From Paragordius varius (Eukaryota > Animalia > Nematomorpha), in contig OZ176059.1 of the NCBI GenBank assembly GCA_964247055.1, positions 124,001 through 188,000 on the forward strand: a DNA stretch of 64,000 nt, in the 5' to 3' direction. How positions within the stretch are numbered: the first letter of the stretch is position 1; each line of letters opens with the position of its first letter. A program made the translations under genes and the position numbers. The notes beneath the pieces are model-generated. The model saw only the letters and a list, made by a program, of their open reading frames with translations, was not told the origin of the DNA and made no database searches. Below, piece by piece: positions 51,930-64,000 of the stretch.

Positions 51930-54676
51930 ATTTTAAAAAATACACTTCGATTTTAAATATACGATATGGGGATTAATCCAATGCTAATTCAAAATGTTTA
52001 TATTACTATTTTGATCTAAAATATTTATTTTTACTCAAATTAAAATATTATGAATGTTTTTAAATTTATACCAAAAACGATGCATCGAATTCTATTGGTG
52101 ACTCTCTTGGATAGAATGCTAACAGCTTATCACAACTTTAACACTTCATACATTTTATTTTAATCGCGATAGTAGTGTACAAATCATTATTTCGGAAATC
52201 GTTCGACTAAAAATTATCACTCCTCTTTGAATTAACTTTTCAGTTTTCTTACAGTTTTAATTTCTAAGTCCGAAATTCGGGTAGCACCAATTAGACACTT
52301 GTATACAACACTATCAATTCAGTGACTTGATTCGAACTGGATTCTTTAGGGACCCCTGACCTGTTTAAAAAAATTCTAATAAGATGAACAAATTAACACC
52401 CTTTGCAAGAGATTGCTTTATGCACTGTAATGTTGACTAATTACCTTTGGTTTTCGCTTTAAAATAAGTAATATCAGGTTTTTTTTAATAAATTCTTTTA
52501 TTTATATTCATTAATGTTATATGGAAACTTTTGCCACGGTTTCAATTCCATCCATATTTTTTGAATTTTTAATGATTCTGGTTATCCAACGACATCATTT
52601 TAAATTGAAGGACTGGAATAAATGTCTTGTATTCAAGTGTTAAAAATTTTAATAAAAATGATGGAGAAAAGTTTAAGATAAGGATTTTTTTACAATTTTT
52701 CATCTTTTTAAACGAATTATGATCCGCCATAACGAATGCATATTTTTTAATTTGGCCTAATGCTAGTCATTGGTAGTACTGATTCAAAGTTTTAAAGTTA
52801 CATATTTTTTATTTTACAAAATTTCCCTTATAATAATTATCAAACTACGGTTAATTCTAAAAAATATCAAGTGCGATTTTTACATAAATTTTTGTCTATG
52901 AATTTTATTTTTGATACGCACTGTGTTAAACAATCGTTTTATATAATTGGATCCCTAAATTACACTTCCAAAATCGGGGGTGAAAAAATATGATAAAAAT
53001 ATATATATTCTGATAAGAAAATGTATCAGGATTATTATGGTGATTTTGGCTTTTGCCCTTGTCAATGATACAAAAAATATATTTACTCCTTTGTGGTAAC
53101 TCATCATCAACAAATGGCAAAATTTGTGCACACCTGGTTAAATAAATTATATGGTGATAGCCAAATTCGAAAAAATACTACTATTAATAATATTATAAAC
53201 TACATATACAATGCAAAACTATATTATAAAATTTAAATTTTTAGATGTGGGCTTCCAAAGTCCCAAATATTTTTGCTCTTCAATGGCTAGATTTCTAAAA
53301 ATAAATGCAAAAATATTGAGATGGCGCAATAAAAATGAATTTTAAAAAAGTTCGTAAAATAGAATATTTTGCTTAAAAATTTAAATCATTTCTTGAAACG
53401 TAATTCAAACTATAGACAGGTAGATGAAAACGATATAAAAGGCTTTACATATCATAAAACACTTTTTCTATATGATAAATAATGCTGAACATTTCTCTCA
53501 CCTCAGAATTTTTATTTTAAGGTTTTGCTTTTATATATAGGTAAATTTTCGATTTATATTTAAAATAAATTTTAAGACAAACGAGTTTTAGCGTCATCGA
53601 ATAAAGTGTTTTATTATATTAAAAGCGTTTAATACAGGTTTTATCATACCTCAAATTAGTATGCATGCTTAGCCATAAATTTTAAGCAAATTTATTTTAT
53701 TAGAAAAAATTCTTTTTGATGTCAAAATTTAGCATATATTTGAAATTTTTATTGCGCGATCTCGGCCTTTGATTTAACAGAACTAGCTTATTTCTGAAAA
53801 TTTTAGGACTTTCATAGTCTACATCTTTAAACTATAATTTAAAAAATATTATTTTGTTTTTAAGGTTTATGATATATTTGAATGATATTTTTGAAATAAA
53901 GCATTTAGCTTTTACAAATTTTTTTTATTAAACATAATGTGCGCATTTTGATATGGAGCAGTTGACAAAGTGACAACCTTATATCCCGCGTAAGGGCCGA
54001 AATCAAAAGCATTATACCCCCTCATTTACATATCAGTATATATACATTGTGTGCAAAAAATTTTTAACAAAAAAATTTTTATGAGATAGCTTATGACCAG
54101 CGTGCCGCAAAAATTTTTATTTGTTGACAACCTAGTTTTTGAAATATTGATAGAAAATCGAAATCGGGCAAAAAGTGAAAATTAAGGATAATTTAAATAA
54201 TGATAATATTTGAAATATTATGGTCTATTATCATTTTAGAAGATATTTATAAATAGCCTAATATAATATAGTTAGAGTATTTAATTCCAAATCAAAAGAT
54301 GACCTTTTTCTTTTATCACACTTAAAAGACAAAAAAAATTAATGAAACTATATAAAAATAATTATTTTTAATTATATACTACCTAAACTCACTATTAAAA
54401 TCTTTTGTCGTCAGGTTCATGAGTGTATAAAAAATTTATACTGTTTTATTTTGGATTCTTACATGAGTTGGAATTATTGAGTATATAATTTATGCAAAAT
54501 AAAGTTCTTGAAGGTTTCCTTTTCTCGCTGTCGTAATTAGGGCGTAATTTTCGTAATTGTTATTTATTTTATCTTTAAGAACCGATGAAAAAAAGCACAT
54601 TTACATAATATTTTTTGGGGGAGGGGTGGATTCAGACTATACCTACACACTAATATAAATCAAAATTTATTTTTAG

Positions 54677-57600
54677 TCATAATAAAAATGGGCAAAAATT
54701 TTGGGCCACCATTTGATCTTCAAATTTACATCCAAATGTTGTTGCGAATAATTCACTATAGCGCATGATTTGATTTAATCTGTAAGAAGTAGAAATCATG
54801 TAAGGATAAAACTTAAATATCATTGGGCTTCCAAACTTTCTGCAAGACAGGTTTTAGCTTACTTGATCTTATCATATAAATGCATGCATGCAAACAAGCA
54901 AGCAAGCCTGACTAGTGGTATGCGAGCCACTAGTCAACGCTTAGCAGCACATAGCCCATTTACTCGTTACTATTTGTTATAAACATTATGTCAGTATGAT
55001 TGATATTATACTTGTATTTAGCATCCATTTCCATATATGTGGTTTCGAATCCAGGGTTTATGCAATAAAACTAAAATTGTAAAAAATAATTTTAACATTT
55101 TAAATTTTTGGTAACAATAATGCAAATTTTTGTTTATTACGATAATTTAAAATTTGACTATATAATATGTTTAGTTAATTTAATTACTTGGCCAAACACG
55201 ACTAAAAATTCGGTTGCACGGTCAAAAAATCCAATCATACGGGTATTATCTGATATATTGCTAAACATCTATAGAACCATAGGATATATTTTATTTTTAT
55301 TTAAGTTACACATTCTTGTAGTTTGATTTGATTGAGTTAAGTTTTATATCATAAAAATTTCATACCTGATAGGTAAGATGCAAAGCGGCTGCTTTTACCA
55401 TAAAGCTTAATCTTGTCGTAGATACATCTTCAAACTTTATTTTATAAAAAAACAGATTTTTATACCGGCAATTTTATGATAGGTATGTATTTATATATCA
55501 TGAAAGAATGATGCTGTTTAAAGTGGAGGTTTATATCTAAACATAAAGTGAACCATTGCCTATCTAGACTTTACAATGATATAGAAATTTTTTTAACGCT
55601 TCGATTCAAATTTGGGTATCCAATGTATCTATTACACTATACTTAGTTAATATTTTAAAAAAACCGAAACGGACCCAATTTATATTTATGCTTTTATCCT
55701 GATAAAAAATATAAAGCCGAAATATCTAAAAATTTAGTTTTAAAAAAAAGTTTATTATAAAACATACTTCTACGCAATTTTTATTTTACAACATATAGCA
55801 AAATAGGGTGTTTATTTAATTTTAAAGCTACAATAAAACCTAATTATTTATTTAAATCGTCTAAGATTGATAAAAACTGAAAAAGGGGTTTATATTGTAT
55901 TATTTTTAATTAGCTAATGCACACATGTAATGTTGATTTAATTTTTAACTTTGGGAATTACCTTAAAATTAGTAATTGATTATTTTTTTATATTTCGATT
56001 CATTAATGTTATATAAGTGCAAACTTTTGCCATGGTCTCTTTGAAGTATTTAATATTAAACATCACTGGGGTATCCAAAGACCCCAATTCGAATCGAAGG
56101 GCTAAATAAATTTTTTGTATCCCAGAGAAATAAGCCCATCCATCAAGCTCTTTCACGCAAACTGTTTAATGACATGAGTTAAACCGCTAGATAACTTATA
56201 AAAACATATTTTTTGTTGAAATTTCAAGCATTTTTACATCCATATCATAATAGGAATTTAAAGCTTCTTCATCATTGTCTGTGGCATTTAAACAACTTAT
56301 CCATTCCAACACATGTGGGATCGTTATATTTTCTCCAACAAATTCAGAATTCAGTTTTATGTAATGTGCCAACATATCTACATATATTAAACGTTATATA
56401 TAACTTCTCTCGTATAGTTAACCCTTTAAAAATGAAATTTTCAAAATAAACAGCGTTTAAAAAGGAATTACTCACACTGATGTTCATGCATATTCCGATT
56501 TTAAGATAACTTTTAATTCATGTGTTTAATATATTCCATAAATCTTGTAGTTTTACAATAAAAAATTTATACGGACAAAACGTAAAATTATAAAGATAAA
56601 TATTTTTTTTCAAAAGAGAACCATACTTTTTTAAACCTTAATTTATCCCTCATAAACAATTTAATTACAATGTAAAATATATAATTGATTACTTTTACAA
56701 ATATAAACAATGGTTTATATTTTAAAAAATCAAGAATTAAAAAGTAAGGTGGTTGTCTTTTGAAAAAAAAATATCTCTTTTTGTTTTATCCGTATAATTA
56801 TAATTTTTACTGTAATATGCAAAATATAAGAAAAATGATACAAAAAAGTATGATATAAATTATTACCAGGTATCCCAGTCATTTGTAACATGTCAAATAT
56901 GATTTGAAACACCATACCGGCATATTTGAATGAATTGATCATTTCATGTGTGTAATAGGGGTATCTCATCATAGTAACCGGAATTTCAAATACATTATGC
57001 ACTGAACTGTATATAGGATTTTCTTGTTGTCTATATTTTGACATAATTAATCAACAAACCATTCGAATATCTACTTCTGAATATATCTTAAAATTATGTG
57101 TTTAAAAACGAATAAATTTCGTAAACTATAATTAAATTTTTAATAATGCTCAGCTAAAAATATATCTGAATTAATAAATATGATTAAAACATACGCATTC
57201 CACCACTCATAACCTGGTTTAACCTGTCCTCTCCACTTCTTGGCCATCAAATTTTTGCGGAACAATTTTAAACTGTTAATATTCTTGTAATAACTATCCT
57301 CAGGATTTATTATAAGCTAAAATAAAAAAACGTATAAATTAACACATTTAAATTTTATAACTTTGACTTTTTAATTAAGAAATGAATTATAAAATATACT
57401 TCATCATAGTAATCATCGATGTCATCAAATTGTTTTTGTGTACCAGCATCAATCTTTAACCGCTGAAACTATTATATTTATATTCACTAAAAATTGGAAT
57501 TATGCGAGCATAATGTAAAAATATAAAGATAAATATTTTTTTTAAAAGACAACCATACTTTTTAAATTTTATTTTTTTTAAATATATATCATTTATTTTA

Positions 57601-60600
57601 AACTGAAAAGTATGAAATAGAGATATATATTGGTAACACAATCAATTATGTATTTTACATTTGTAATTATATGTTTAGATGATAAATTAAGGTTAAGAGA
57701 AGTATAGTTGTATGGGAAAAAATTGTCTTTATGTACGTTTTGTACATATAATTCTAATTTTTACCGTATAAATAGGGTAACATTTTATTTATTTGGATAA
57801 AATTTTTAATTAAAGCGTTCGTTCCAAATTAAGAAATTTTATATAAACGAAAATAGATAAAAATTAAATATACTTTAGCTGTTATATTATCCCTTATGAG
57901 TCCGGGTAACCAAGTTTGGCCCTCCATAGTTTGAAAAATTATTTTTGAAACATTTTGAGCCAATTGTTGTACCTGTAGTAACAACAATTTAATGCCCAAT
58001 GTAAATTTTATATTATTACTAGGGTTGTGCGTTTGACTGCTTTTTCAAAAAAGTCCGGTCAGACCCGGTCAGACCATGGTCATGACCATTTTTTACTAAT
58101 GCGATATTGGATTGTGAAATTAAGGTTCGAACGACACTTGCGTTTCACTAATAATGTCATTTTTCTTAAATGTTTGTATATTATACATTTTTTTCATATT
58201 TATTATTTACAAATATTTTAAATCAAATTTAATCACAACTTTTGTTTTCAAATAAATTTTTGCCACATGTTTGTGGCCTTCTGAATCTTCAAATACTTAG
58301 CTTTTGATACTGATTTCAAAAAAAATCTAGTTTGTTTTACACATTCTTTCATCATTTAAATGTCCAATTATAAAATTATTCATTTTATTGGTTCACATAT
58401 ATAGGATAATTGCATATTTTGCAAAGTGCTCGATTGTTTTGTTTTTTGGAATAACTGTATATACTTAAGTGCTAATGTTATAGGGAATGTTTAAAATTTT
58501 ATATATTGTTAAATAAGCATATTTATTTAATTTATATTTAGAAATATATAAAAACAATAAAATTTTACTATCTCTTCCAAAAATTCACCAGCAATTTTTC
58601 AAAAAAACAGCTGTTTTTAAATGACCATGGTCAAAAATAAATAGTCACTGACCTGGTTATGACCCGGTCAATTGACCGGGACATGACTTGGTCAGCACAA
58701 CCCTAATTATTACATATCTAACTAGCAATATTTATATTTTTTTACACTTCAACAAAACTACAATTATTAATTTAAAAAATGGTATGTCTAGGTAGAGAGA
58801 GTGGGAATATTAGCATTAACAAAATACTACAGTCCATGATCATTTATTCGTCTATAGGTGAAATTTAATATTGATATACTTTCTTTATAATTATATTCGC
58901 AACTTAAATTCTTTTATTTAACTCCAAATATATTCAAACAAAACACTCCAGATTCAAAAGGGCTATCACATGGATCAAATACAATGATGGGTGGCAAAAT
59001 ATTTTTAAAAATAAAATTAAATATTAAATATATTACCTCAGCAGAACTCTGCAAATACTCGGTTAAAATGGGTAACAAATTCATGACTGGATTGAGATCG
59101 GTTTTTGATAGCATAAGCATACATTGAAACCATACAGGAATATTTTCAAACCGATTGTACATTTTCTAATACACAATAATAGTTATTTTATAACCTCCCC
59201 CTCCCTTCACATATATAAACAGCATCGCAATATTTGTAAATCATACCGTTTACAAAACAACTTGTTAACTAGTTTAAAATACCATTAAAATTGGAAGTAG
59301 GCCATTAAATATTGTTTTAGTGCAAATACAAGTTTTGTATTTACATTGTGATTACTATAAAAGCATTTTATTTTCATATTCCAACACAATAATATAAATG
59401 GCATGATGTTTATAGTATTTAATCCAGGAACCCCCATTCCTCCATAAAGAATCCAATTGAGGAAAAAATTAAATGGTTTTATATCCGCATCATTACCCTT
59501 TTGTTAAAATTAAAATATATTTTTTGAGATATTTCAATTTATATTCAGTTTTTGTCGATATTTTTTTGTCTTTGCTAATTATGACGGTTCCAAAACACCA
59601 ACAAATTACAGTGAAAATTAAAATTATACGGACAAAACGTAAAATAAAGACAAATATTTTTTTCTAAAAGACACAACCATACTTTTTAATCTTGATTAAT
59701 TTAAAATTAACTCATTGTTTTTTATTTCCAAAGTATAAAATAGAGATGTATATTGGTAACATAATCAATTATATATTTTAGGCTTGTTTTGAAAAGCTCT
59801 GGTTGTCTTTTAGAAAAAATATTTGTCTTTACATTAATACGTTTCGTCCGTATAATTTCATTTTTTACTGTATAAAATTTTCCTTACCATTGTAAAATAT
59901 AAAATTTACAATGTTACCACCATAATACATCTCTATTTCACACTAATTTTTTAATGAGTTATATTTAAAAAATTAAGATTTAAAAAGTATGTTGTCTTTG
60001 CAAAGAGTGTGTTTGTTTTATATTTTTACGTTTTGTCCGTATAACTCCAATTTTTACCATAGTTAGTTTGGGGGAAGGAACCTCTGCAAGACTTTATGTG
60101 CGGAGCGCCCAAAATTTGCGAATTCATAATTCTGATATTTCTCAAACAATTAGCAGTAGAAAAAAATGTAATATTTCATGTGCCTTTTACGGTTTTATGT
60201 TGGAAAAGTCAATTATGAAGGCCCTTTTCCCCCATTTATATGCGGCCCACCCGGGTTTATTGAGGCAAATTGGTGATCTATAACTTAACTAGCCCCTAAT
60301 ATATCGAAAAAATGGAATATGTTTTTAGCAAAAGCTAATTTATTAATAGACCTTCCTGAGGGAGTCATTATAGAAGAGGTTCTACTTATACATGATTTCT
60401 TTTTTCCTTAAATAATAAAATAATTTACTGTAAATGCAATAAAATGGACAAAACGTAAAAATATAAGGACAAATATTTTTTCTAAAAGACAACACTTTTT
60501 AAATCGTGCTTTTTTAAAATATAATTAATTTATTGTTTAAAATTGCAAAGTATAGAACATGAATGTTAATTGGGAACACACTTGTATATGTATACAATCG

Positions 60601-63240
60601 TATTAATGATTATTAAAGGATAATTAAGAAAAAAGTATGGTTGTTTTTTGACAAAAAATTTATATTTTTACGTTTTGTCCTATATTTTCAATTTTAATTG
60701 TAAATGTTTAACAATAATTGATGTACTAACCCTATCGAATTCATTCGCTATCCCAGTGTATTCGGTTGATAATTCATAAATCTCCGTTTGTATCAAAAAC
60801 CATATCATATAATTGTTGAGTTGTCTAAGTTTATTTAAAATGAATATTATGTATATTTTTATTTTAATATAAATAGTATTTACACCTCAATTTCACCCTT
60901 GAAAAATTCAAATTAACACTTGAACAACTCAAATTGACCCTAAAATAAATCATGGGTTTTTTTTGAAAAATACCTATATTTTTTAAGATAAAATTTCGTT
61001 AAAAATTAAAATAATACTGAAAAAATAATAGACTATGTCATAAAGATATATATCACATTAATGATGATGAGTTCCATTAGCCGCCCGAAAACACATAATT
61101 TATTTTTAGGTTGAATTTGAATTGTTCAAGGGTAAATTTGTATTGTTCAAGGGGGAATTCAAATCGTAAATGGTATATATTTACAAACCGATTTAAAAAA
61201 TGTTTTTTTGATCAGGATTGTTTTAATACAAATAATATCCTGACCTTTGATTCATTTTAGATAATGTATCCATTAATCGTTGAAAGTACTCTAAGTCTTC
61301 TGGTAATATTTCTCCATCAATAGCTGTTACATTGTCCGGATTTCGCAGGGCATAATTAAAAAAATTGTCCCAATCTATCTGAACCCATTGTAACCCAAAT
61401 TAAAATGCATGTTAAATTGATAATAATCGAAGATGTTATATCATTAAACATGTTTAAGAGGATATAATTCGATATCCCCTCTTGCAATTAACAAATATAT
61501 ATCTTTAATAAAATTTTTAAAAAGCAATTGCAAGCGTTCCTAAACCAATAAAAGTTAACATTCCAGTTTATAGAGCCGATTTTTAATTTGATAATATATT
61601 CAGAGATTAGTACCCAATTTACTCAAAATATGCCATTTCTAAGTCAAAGGTAACATTTTTTTCAATCACACGCAACAAATAATTATTCAACACATCATTA
61701 CCAGCCTGAATTAGGCATTATTTGATTTTCGATTAGCAAATAGCATTATGAGTTTTTTTTGAACAAAACCCTTAATGAAAATTCATAGATCGATTCACGA
61801 GGCTTAAATAAACTATGGCTAAAAATATGTTTTGCTCCGGATCCTTTGCACATTATAATAAAATATTATTGTAATTCAAATATTTGATATATTACCATGG
61901 GTAAAGTATTGCGGATACTTAAATCGTTATAATCAATCTTTGGCACACCTTGGCTTTTCTAAATAAATAATTATATCCATATATGTATATATACCATTTG
62001 CACTTCAAGCGTGTCTTAAACACTTCACGTTAGTCTGACTTTTTTGTTTTAATCAAATCGTAAATCATTCATCTATTTTATCGTTTTGACCTGTTTTTAA
62101 TTATATAACCTAATTTTAATCAATAGCAACTATTAATAATTGAAAAACCTTATATTTTGTTTTTGAATTCTTAAAATTATTTTGGATATATATAATTTAA
62201 CACCGCATTAAAAATATATAAGTTTTCTGGGTTATTATTTACATTTTATAATGGTAAACATTTAAAAGTAAATAAACTTGTTATATTAAAAAATTAGTTT
62301 AGATAAAAAAGTGGTTATTGTATAAAAATTTTTTATTTTTTGAATAAATATATAATATAAAAAATTATTTTTTAAAAAAAATACATCCATAAATCATGGT
62401 TAAATCGAAATTAAAATTTTTTTTGGACCAACTTGAAGTGTTCAAGAACCTTAAAACATTCAAGGACCAACTTAAAGTGTTCAAGGACCAATTTGAAAGG
62501 ACCAACTTGAAATGTTCAAGGACACTCTTGAAGTGCAAATGGTATATTTAGATATTTTAAAATTATAGAAACACATAATTCTTTTTAGGCTAAGTTTGAA
62601 TTGTTCGAGGGTGAATTTAAATTGTTTGAGGGTAAATTTGAAAAGTAAATGGTATATAAAATTTTTGGTAAATTTATATGTGTAGTATAATTTTGGCTAT
62701 TTTGATTTTAGTTAAATGACTGAGCATATAACTGCAGCTTGTTTGAATGTTTTATTATTACTTTTTATCTGACATTTATAGGCGGCCCCAAAAATATTTC
62801 ATAAAAAACGAAATTTATGATTGAATTGGTGGTTTGGAAGCGTTGATACCGCAAAAAATATATAGCTTAAAAAAATTTATAGATGAATTTGTCATTTAAA
62901 CCACATTCAACTTTTGCCCTTTAAGTTTTTTCTATCTATATTAACGGGGGGCCAAAAAATTACGGTAACATAATAGCAAAATAAGTTCCATATTTTTTTA
63001 AGACTCTGAAAGCTGAAGGTAGTTAGTTTAAATACATTATATCATCCACATCAAACAGGCACAATATAAGTTATTATAAACCATTTTGGGGACCCTTAAT
63101 GGGTGCAAGGCTATTGCCACATTAAAAACATCCATAGCAAAAATCTCAATCTCTTCGTCGTTGACTGCAACTTTATTAGCATCACGGATTAATAAACGAG
63201 CTGTTTTCCTCGCATAATCCATAAAATGAGCCCGGGAGAT
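54677..63240 (-). CDS. Neprilysin/M13-family peptidase-like gene lacking the HExxH motif; may be a pseudogene; extends further 5'
   Basis: Exons 63240-63082, 61958-61896, 61378-61245 (IDWDNFF...EYFQRL), 60824-60731 (QLNNYMIW), 59165-59037 (PVWFQC), 57972-57874, 57468-57400, 57316-57195, 57030-56867 (ENPIYSSVHNVFEIP...YAGMVFQIIFDMLQ), 56377-~56238, split exon 56161-56102 plus 55592-55575, 55536-55466, 55434-55366, 55070-55012 (FYC) and 54779-54677 (LNQIMRYSELFATTFGC...CPFLL*). Colinear with M13 N- and C-terminal domain motifs. Splicing across 56238-56161 is unresolved. Confidence 0.8.
55597..56101. mobile_element. piggyBac-like MITE (505 bp)
   Basis: TIRs CGCTTCGATTCAAATTTGGGTATCC / GACCCCAATTCGAATCGAAGGG. 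Flanks are TTAA (55593-55596) and CTAA (56102-56105). Confidence 0.8.
58020..58705. mobile_element. Non-autonomous hAT element (686 bp)
   Basis: Perfect 11-bp TIR TAGGGTTGTGC/GCACAACCCTA, perfect 8-bp TSD ATTATTAC, and subterminal GGTCA/TGACC repeats. Confidence 0.92.
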
Positions 63241-64000
63241 CTATCATAGCCATAAAAATGTAGTTCAGTACGAGTAAGAAATATACATTTCTAGTCTTTT
63301 TATTCATATATTGTTGCCCGATAACGTATAAAAATTAGAATTATCGGATAAAACCTGAAAATATATAATTGATTGTGTTACCAATATATATCTCTATTTC
63401 ATACATTGCAATTTTTAACTCTAATTATATATTTGAAAAAATTATGATTCATAAAGTATGGCTGTCTTTTGAAAAAAAAATTGTGTTTATATTTTTACGT
63501 TTTGTCCGTATAATTTATATATATATATATATACAAAGCAAAAGCAAATATTATTGACCAAAGGCTTTTTTCGTTTTTTTACCTCTTAAACAATAATAAT
63601 ACTTTTCTTTGCTATTATCTGGCAAAATTTATTACCAGCAAAGTACAGCTAATACAGTACCTTGAATCCATCGTATATTAACCTAATAATGAGTTTAACT
63701 GTTAATAAATTTCAATGAAATAATTTTAATGATACCTCTCTATCTCGGTTTGTTATACGTTTCTTTTCTATCTTAATTAAGGGTTTGGGCACATCAAACT
63801 ACACATAAAAATATAATTTATTTGGTAAAATACCTTAATTTGTTTGCTATATACAGTGCACCTATAAAATATCTCGATAATAATGTATGGATCAGGATTT
63901 CATGGTGCGATTTTACGAATGATATAAGTTATTGCCACTTTTGTCGTAACTGCTACATATCAGAAAATGGTAAAATTTGCACATAATTTGCTAAATAAAT

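Larger units (their letters stand above)
35676..63515. mobile_element. Dispersed ~260-bp TA-flanked MITE family (Tc1/mariner-type), about 18 or more copies in this interval
   Basis: Consensus ends TACAGTAAAAATTGAAATTATACGGACAAAACGTAAAAATATAAAGACAAA and its inverse. Copies near 35676, 36482, 41505, 42667, 44985, 45333, 46484, 47592, 47960, 48570, 50270, 50657, 56556, 57480, 59607, 59770, 60430 and 63400. The coordinates give the span of dispersal, not one element. Confidence 0.9.

Noticed and set aside
52070-52310. Extra N-terminal ABHD16A micro-exons (YKCLIGATRI..., SFYPRESPIEF...)
   Set aside because: Phase-compatible, but with no in-frame ATG and weak similarity, so left out of the gene model.
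53020-53080. Minus-frame peptide NIFFVSLTRAKAKITII resembling SF1 helicase motif VI
   Set aside because: Only ~15 aa, no other helicase motifs nearby, and not preserved in the paralogous segment at 63860-64000.
59335-59500. Open exon-like stretch in an M13 intron (GNDADIKPF...; alternative frame RNGGSWIKYY, echoing KNGSWWLKKKYY at ~23100)
   Set aside because: The M13 chain is complete without it (FDR|KMYN). Similarity to 23060-23200 is limited to two short words, so no call can be supported.
1-64000. tRNA, rRNA genes or CRISPR arrays
   Set aside because: No cloverleaf/A-B box pattern, rRNA-like sequence or repeat-spacer array seen. The DNA is eukaryotic and the repeats are TE-derived.

Overview
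Very AT-rich eukaryotic (invertebrate animal) genomic DNA. I did not determine the species. Five host genes can be reconstructed by manual GT-AG splicing; four are largely missed by the ORF track because their exons are short. (1) A single-exon, divergent ADF/cofilin (5025-5453, minus). (2) A 3-exon Hairy/E(spl) bHLH-WRPW gene (14542-16088, plus) with no recognisable Orange domain, flanked by five CSL/Su(H) consensus sites. (3) A secreted-type antistasin-repeat gene (minus, at least 4 exons, 22862-36391) whose 10.4-kb intron holds a nest of Gypsy LTR retrotransposons in alternating orientation. (4) ABHD16A/BAT5 lipase (minus, 17 exons, 39477-51929) with an intact catalytic triad. (5) A neprilysin/M13-family gene (minus, 54677 to at least 63240) whose HExxH zinc motif is replaced by FDMLQ and in which one exon appears split by a TTAA-type MITE. 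The rest is transposon-derived: an RTE-like LINE fragment, a dead hAT transposase, a 1.94-kb non-autonomous Helitron nested in a MITE, and several MITE families (TA-, TTAA- and 8-bp-TSD types). Introns are bimodal, from 31-39 nt up to 10 kb. All homology calls come from motif recognition by eye; no database search was run.
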